Shown piece by piece: positions 60,290-64,000 of a stretch of DNA of 64,000 nucleotides. Numbering within the stretch: the stretch's first letter is position 1; each line of letters starts with the position of its first letter. Origin of the DNA: Macrostomum hystrix. Taxonomy: Eukaryota > Animalia > Platyhelminthes. Position numbers and translations under genes: made by a program. The notes below the pieces were generated by a model that worked only from the letters and a program-made list of their open reading frames with translations, was not told where the DNA came from and did not search any database. The stretch covers positions 620,001 through 684,000 of the forward strand of contig CATNEN010000032.1 in the NCBI GenBank assembly GCA_950097015.1, in the 5' to 3' direction.

Positions 60290-62425
60290 GCAAACCAGAG
60301 TTTGAATCAGTGCAACAATACAGTTTGAATCATGGCTAAACCAGAGTCTGAATCATGGCTAAACCAGAGTTTAAATCAAGGCTAAACCAGAGTTTGAATC
60401 ATGGCTAAACCAGAGTTTGAATCATGGCTAAACCAGCGTCTGAATCATGGCTAAACCAGAGTTTGAATCATGGCTAAACCAGAGCTTGAATCATGGCAAA
60501 ACCAGAGTTTGAATCATTAGCCAACCAGAGTTTGAATCATAGCCAACCAGAGTTTGAATCATGGCTAAACCAGAGACTAAATCATGGCTACACCAGGCTT
60601 TGAATCATGGCTAAACCATCATCATCAGCATGGCTAAACTAGAGTTTGAATCATGGCTAAACCAGAGTTTGAATAATGGCTACACCAGAGTTTGAATCAT
60701 GGCTAAACCAGAGTCTGAATCATGGCTAAACCATCATCATCAGCATGGCTAAACCAGCGTCTGAATCATGGCTAAACCAGCGTCTGAATCATGGCTAAAC
60801 CAGAGTTTGAATCATGGCTAAACCAGAGTTTGAATCATAGCCAACCAGAGTTTGAATCTTGGCTAAACCAGAGTTTCAATCATGGCTAACCCAGCGTTTG
60901 AATCATGGCTAAACCAGAGTTTGAATCATGGCAAAAGCCGAGTTTTAATCATGGCTAAACAAGCGTCTGAATCATGGCTAAACCAGAGTTTCAATCATGG
61001 CTAAACCAGAGTTTCAGTCATGGCTAAACCAGCGTCTGAATCATGGCTAAACCAGAGTTTGAACCATGGCTAAACCAGAGTTTGAATCATGGCTAAACCA
61101 GAGTCTGAATCATGGCAAAACCAGAGTTTGAATCATGGCTAAACCAGAGTTTAAATCATGGCTAAACCAGCGTCTGAATCATGGCTAAACCAGAGTTTCA
61201 ATCATGGCTAAACCAGAGTTTCAATCATGGCTAAACCAGCGTCTGAATCATGGCTAAACCAGAGTTTGAATCATGGCTAAACCAGAGTTTAATCATGGCT
61301 AAACCAGCGTCTGAATCATGGCTAAACCAGAGTTTCAATCATGGCTAAACCAGAGTTTGAATCATGGCTAAACCAGAGTTTCAATCATGGCTAAACCAGC
61401 GTCTGAATCATGGCTAAACCAGCGTCTGAATCATGGCTAAACCAGAGTTTGAATCATGGCTAAACCAGAGTTTGAATCATGGCTAAACCAGAGTTTGAAT
61501 CATGGCTAAACCAGATCTTGAATCATGGCTAAACCAGAGTTTGAATCATGGCTAAACCAGCGTCTGAATCATGGCTAAACCAGAGTTTCAGTCATGGCTA
61601 AACCAGCGTCTGAATCATGGCTAAACCAGAGTTTGAACCATGGCTAAACCAGAGTTTGAATCATGGCTAAACCAGAGTCTGAATCATGGCAAAACCAGAG
61701 TTTGAATCATGGCTAAACCAGAGTTTAAATCATGGCTAAACCAGCGTCTGAATCATGGCTAAACCAGAGTTTCAATCATGGCTAAACCAGAGTTTCAATC
61801 ATGGCTAAACCAGCGTCTGAATCATGGCTAAACCAGAGTTTCAATCATGGCTAAACCAGAGTCTGAATCATGGCTAAACCAGCGTCTGAATCATGGCTAA
61901 ACCAGAGTTTGAATATTGGCTACACCAGAGTTTGAATCATGGCTAAACCAGAGACTAAATCATGGCTAAACCAGAGACTAAATCGTGGCTAAACCATCAT
62001 CATCAGCATGGCTAAACTAGAGTTTGAATAATGGCTACACCAGAGTTTGAATCAAGGCTAAACCAGAGTCTGAATCATGGCTAAACCAGAGTTTGAATCA
62101 TGGCTAAACCAGACTTTGAATCATAGCCAACCAGAGTTTGAATCTTGGCTAAACCAGAGTTTCAATCATGGCTAACCCAGCGTTTGAATCATGGCTAAAC
62201 CAGAGTTTGAATCATGGCAAAAACCGAGTTTCAATCATGGCTAACCCAGCGTTTGAATCATGGCTAAACCAGAGTTTGAATCTTGGCTAAACCAGAGTTT
62301 GAATCATAGCCAACCAGAGTCTGAATCATGGCAAAACGAGAGTTTGAATCATAGCCCACCAGGGTTTAAAACATGGCGAAACCTGAGTTTGAATCTTGGC
62401 TAACCCAGCGTTTGAAAAATCAACG
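60290..62425. repeat. 23-bp satellite (AAACCAGAGTTTGAATCATGGCT)n
   Basis: Period 23 (60361 to 60384), ~90 copies. Confidence 0.97.
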
Positions 62426-62427
62426 TC

Positions 62428-62588
62428 AACTGGGGAGTCATCATCAAAATGGGGATCATGGTGAACTGGGGGATCTTTGTCAACTGGGGGATCATTGTCA
62501 ACTGGGGGTTCATTGTCAACTGGGGGTTCATTGTCAACTGGGGGATCATTGTCAACTGGGGGATCATTGTCAACTGGGGGTTCATAGT
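62428..62588. repeat. 18-bp minisatellite (CATTGTCAACTGGGGGAT)
   Basis: ~8 copies. Confidence 0.9.
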
Positions 62589-63171
62589 AGCTTTAAAAAG
62601 CTGTAAATTCAGCTTCTAAAAAGTCTATACTAGACGAATTAAAAGTATTTCTGCTCCCCGAAGGGGGGCAAATCTTGCTAGTCTTTACTAATTATTAACC
62701 AAGTGTATAACTTTACGCATATGCATTTATCTAAGATAACTTTTTTGTCAGAGGCCAAAGGGAAAAATTCTAAATAATAAGGTTGGTTGTCTAACGATTT
62801 AAAAATAAATAAGCTTTGACGAATATATACTTTTCGATACATGTCGGATTGTGGAGTTTTATATGATTTGTCAGGCAATTTGATATGCCTGGGCAAGCAT
62901 TTTAGAACTTATGACAATTGAAAATTGCGGATTAATCTACAAAACATTTAGTTTCAGTAATGCAGATTTACATATTAAAGTTGTGATTAATAAGCCTATC
63001 TAAAGTGTTTTAATCAAACCGAGGCAGAGGGCAATAAGGCGCGTAAATACATTGATCATAATTTCTGTAGCTTACTAGTAGCGATGCCAGCTTAAAATTT
63101 TTAGGCCTGACCAAAAGGATGTATTTTCTAACCAAAAAATAGATTATAAGTCCATTTAGGATTTTGGGCAC

Positions 63172-63177
63172 AAAAAA
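63172..63177 (-). terminator. Pol III terminator (T6) of tRNA-Lys
   Basis: TTTTTT on the minus strand 3 nt after the tRNA 3' end. Confidence 0.85.
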
Positions 63178-63180
63178 GTT

Positions 63181-63253
63181 CGCCCGATGTGGGGCTCGAA
63201 CCCACGACCCTGGGATTAAGAGTCCCATGCTCTACCGACTGAGCTAACCGGGC
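63181..63253 (-). tRNA. trnK-CUU: tRNA-Lys (anticodon CTT)
   Basis: GCCCGGTTAGCTCAGTCGGTAGAGCATGGGACTCTTAATCCCAGGGTCGTGGGTTCGAGCCCCACATCGGGCG: 73 nt, intact cloverleaf, A and B boxes, anticodon at 63218-63220. Confidence 0.97.
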
Positions 63254-64000
63254 TTCAACATTTACAATGATTTTGCTACAATTTATTCAAATAACTGTGC
63301 AAGAAGTTTAAAAATTTAGCTTACCCTTACATGCTGGCTGCTGCCATCGCCAAGCTCCAAGCTCAAGTAATAGCCAGGACTTATAAATATAGGTAGAGGC
63401 GAGCTAAAAGAAAGTTCTAGTTGAGACTTGAGTACATCCCTTGTAAAGCAAGGCAGCGCGGAAAGAAAGCGGGGGTTGTTGAATGTATTTCATTCTCTCC
63501 TTCATCGAATGCACGCAAAAAATTACAGTATTGCACTTGATACATAAATATGGCCTCTCCAATCTCAAAGCACACTGTCAGTGCTTAAATTGCGCTGCGA
63601 CAGGTTAAATATAAGTAGGCACATGCGCAATCTAGTATATAGAATTCCCTCTCTATGGAAACCCTAGCTAGCTCGTTGCACACACTGTACAATACAAAAG
63701 CCTGCTTGCATTTTCACAATACAACACAATTATTAGCTTCGTCATTGCCTAAAGACGGAATGTTAGAAAAGCCTTGGGTTTTATGGGTTATGAATGAAAA
63801 TAATTATATAATGTATAATTCGGTCGCAGCATTCAGAGCTAAAACGCACTGATTTGATATCAAGTTTGATACAGAGCAAAAACATTCAAAGCACGTCTAG
63901 TTTATATCGCAAAAGGTAATAAAACTCAAACTTCAGCATGCGGTAACGCATTTACCACACAGATCACAAGATCCATTTTGATTACAGCGAGTCACAAAAA

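Larger units (their letters stand above)
59693..62681 (+). mobile_element. Non-autonomous Helitron carrying tandem arrays
   Basis: 5' A|TCCACTATACT..., then a short GGTT microsatellite and CTCCCGAACGGCTCAACCGATTTT; 3' hairpin TGCTCCCC-GAA-GGGGGGCA (62652-70), 7-nt spacer, CTAG|T. Inserted between A and T with no TSD. Confidence 0.75.

Overview
Repeat-rich animal (eukaryotic) genomic DNA with spliceosomal introns, not a prokaryotic window. Most supplied ORFs are artefacts of tandem repeats, which cover roughly one third of the window by my hand tally. Manual exon stitching gives: (1) a 7-exon, 851-aa GPI-anchored GDNF-receptor-like (Gfrl/GFRalpha-Gas1 family) gene at 23943-40838 (+) with four 10-Cys GFR domains and a C-terminal region resembling RECK; (2) a cluster of four neuropeptide precursor genes in 8.3 kb (48516-56786), all with the NPY/NPF-type phase-2 intron inside the penultimate Arg codon, two ending in RPRF-G and two in an unusual RIRM-G (one via a GC-AG intron); (3) a possible small orphan gene at 57924-58627; (4) tRNA-Lys(CTT) at 63181-63253 (-). 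Mobile DNA: an apparently complete non-autonomous Helitron (59693-62681) carrying a 2.1-kb satellite, two tRNA-derived SINE families (two copies each), and an LTR-like insert splitting a 32-bp satellite. The gene content and minisatellite load suggest a flatworm such as Macrostomum; this is inference, not verified. All gene models and family calls are by eye, with no database search.
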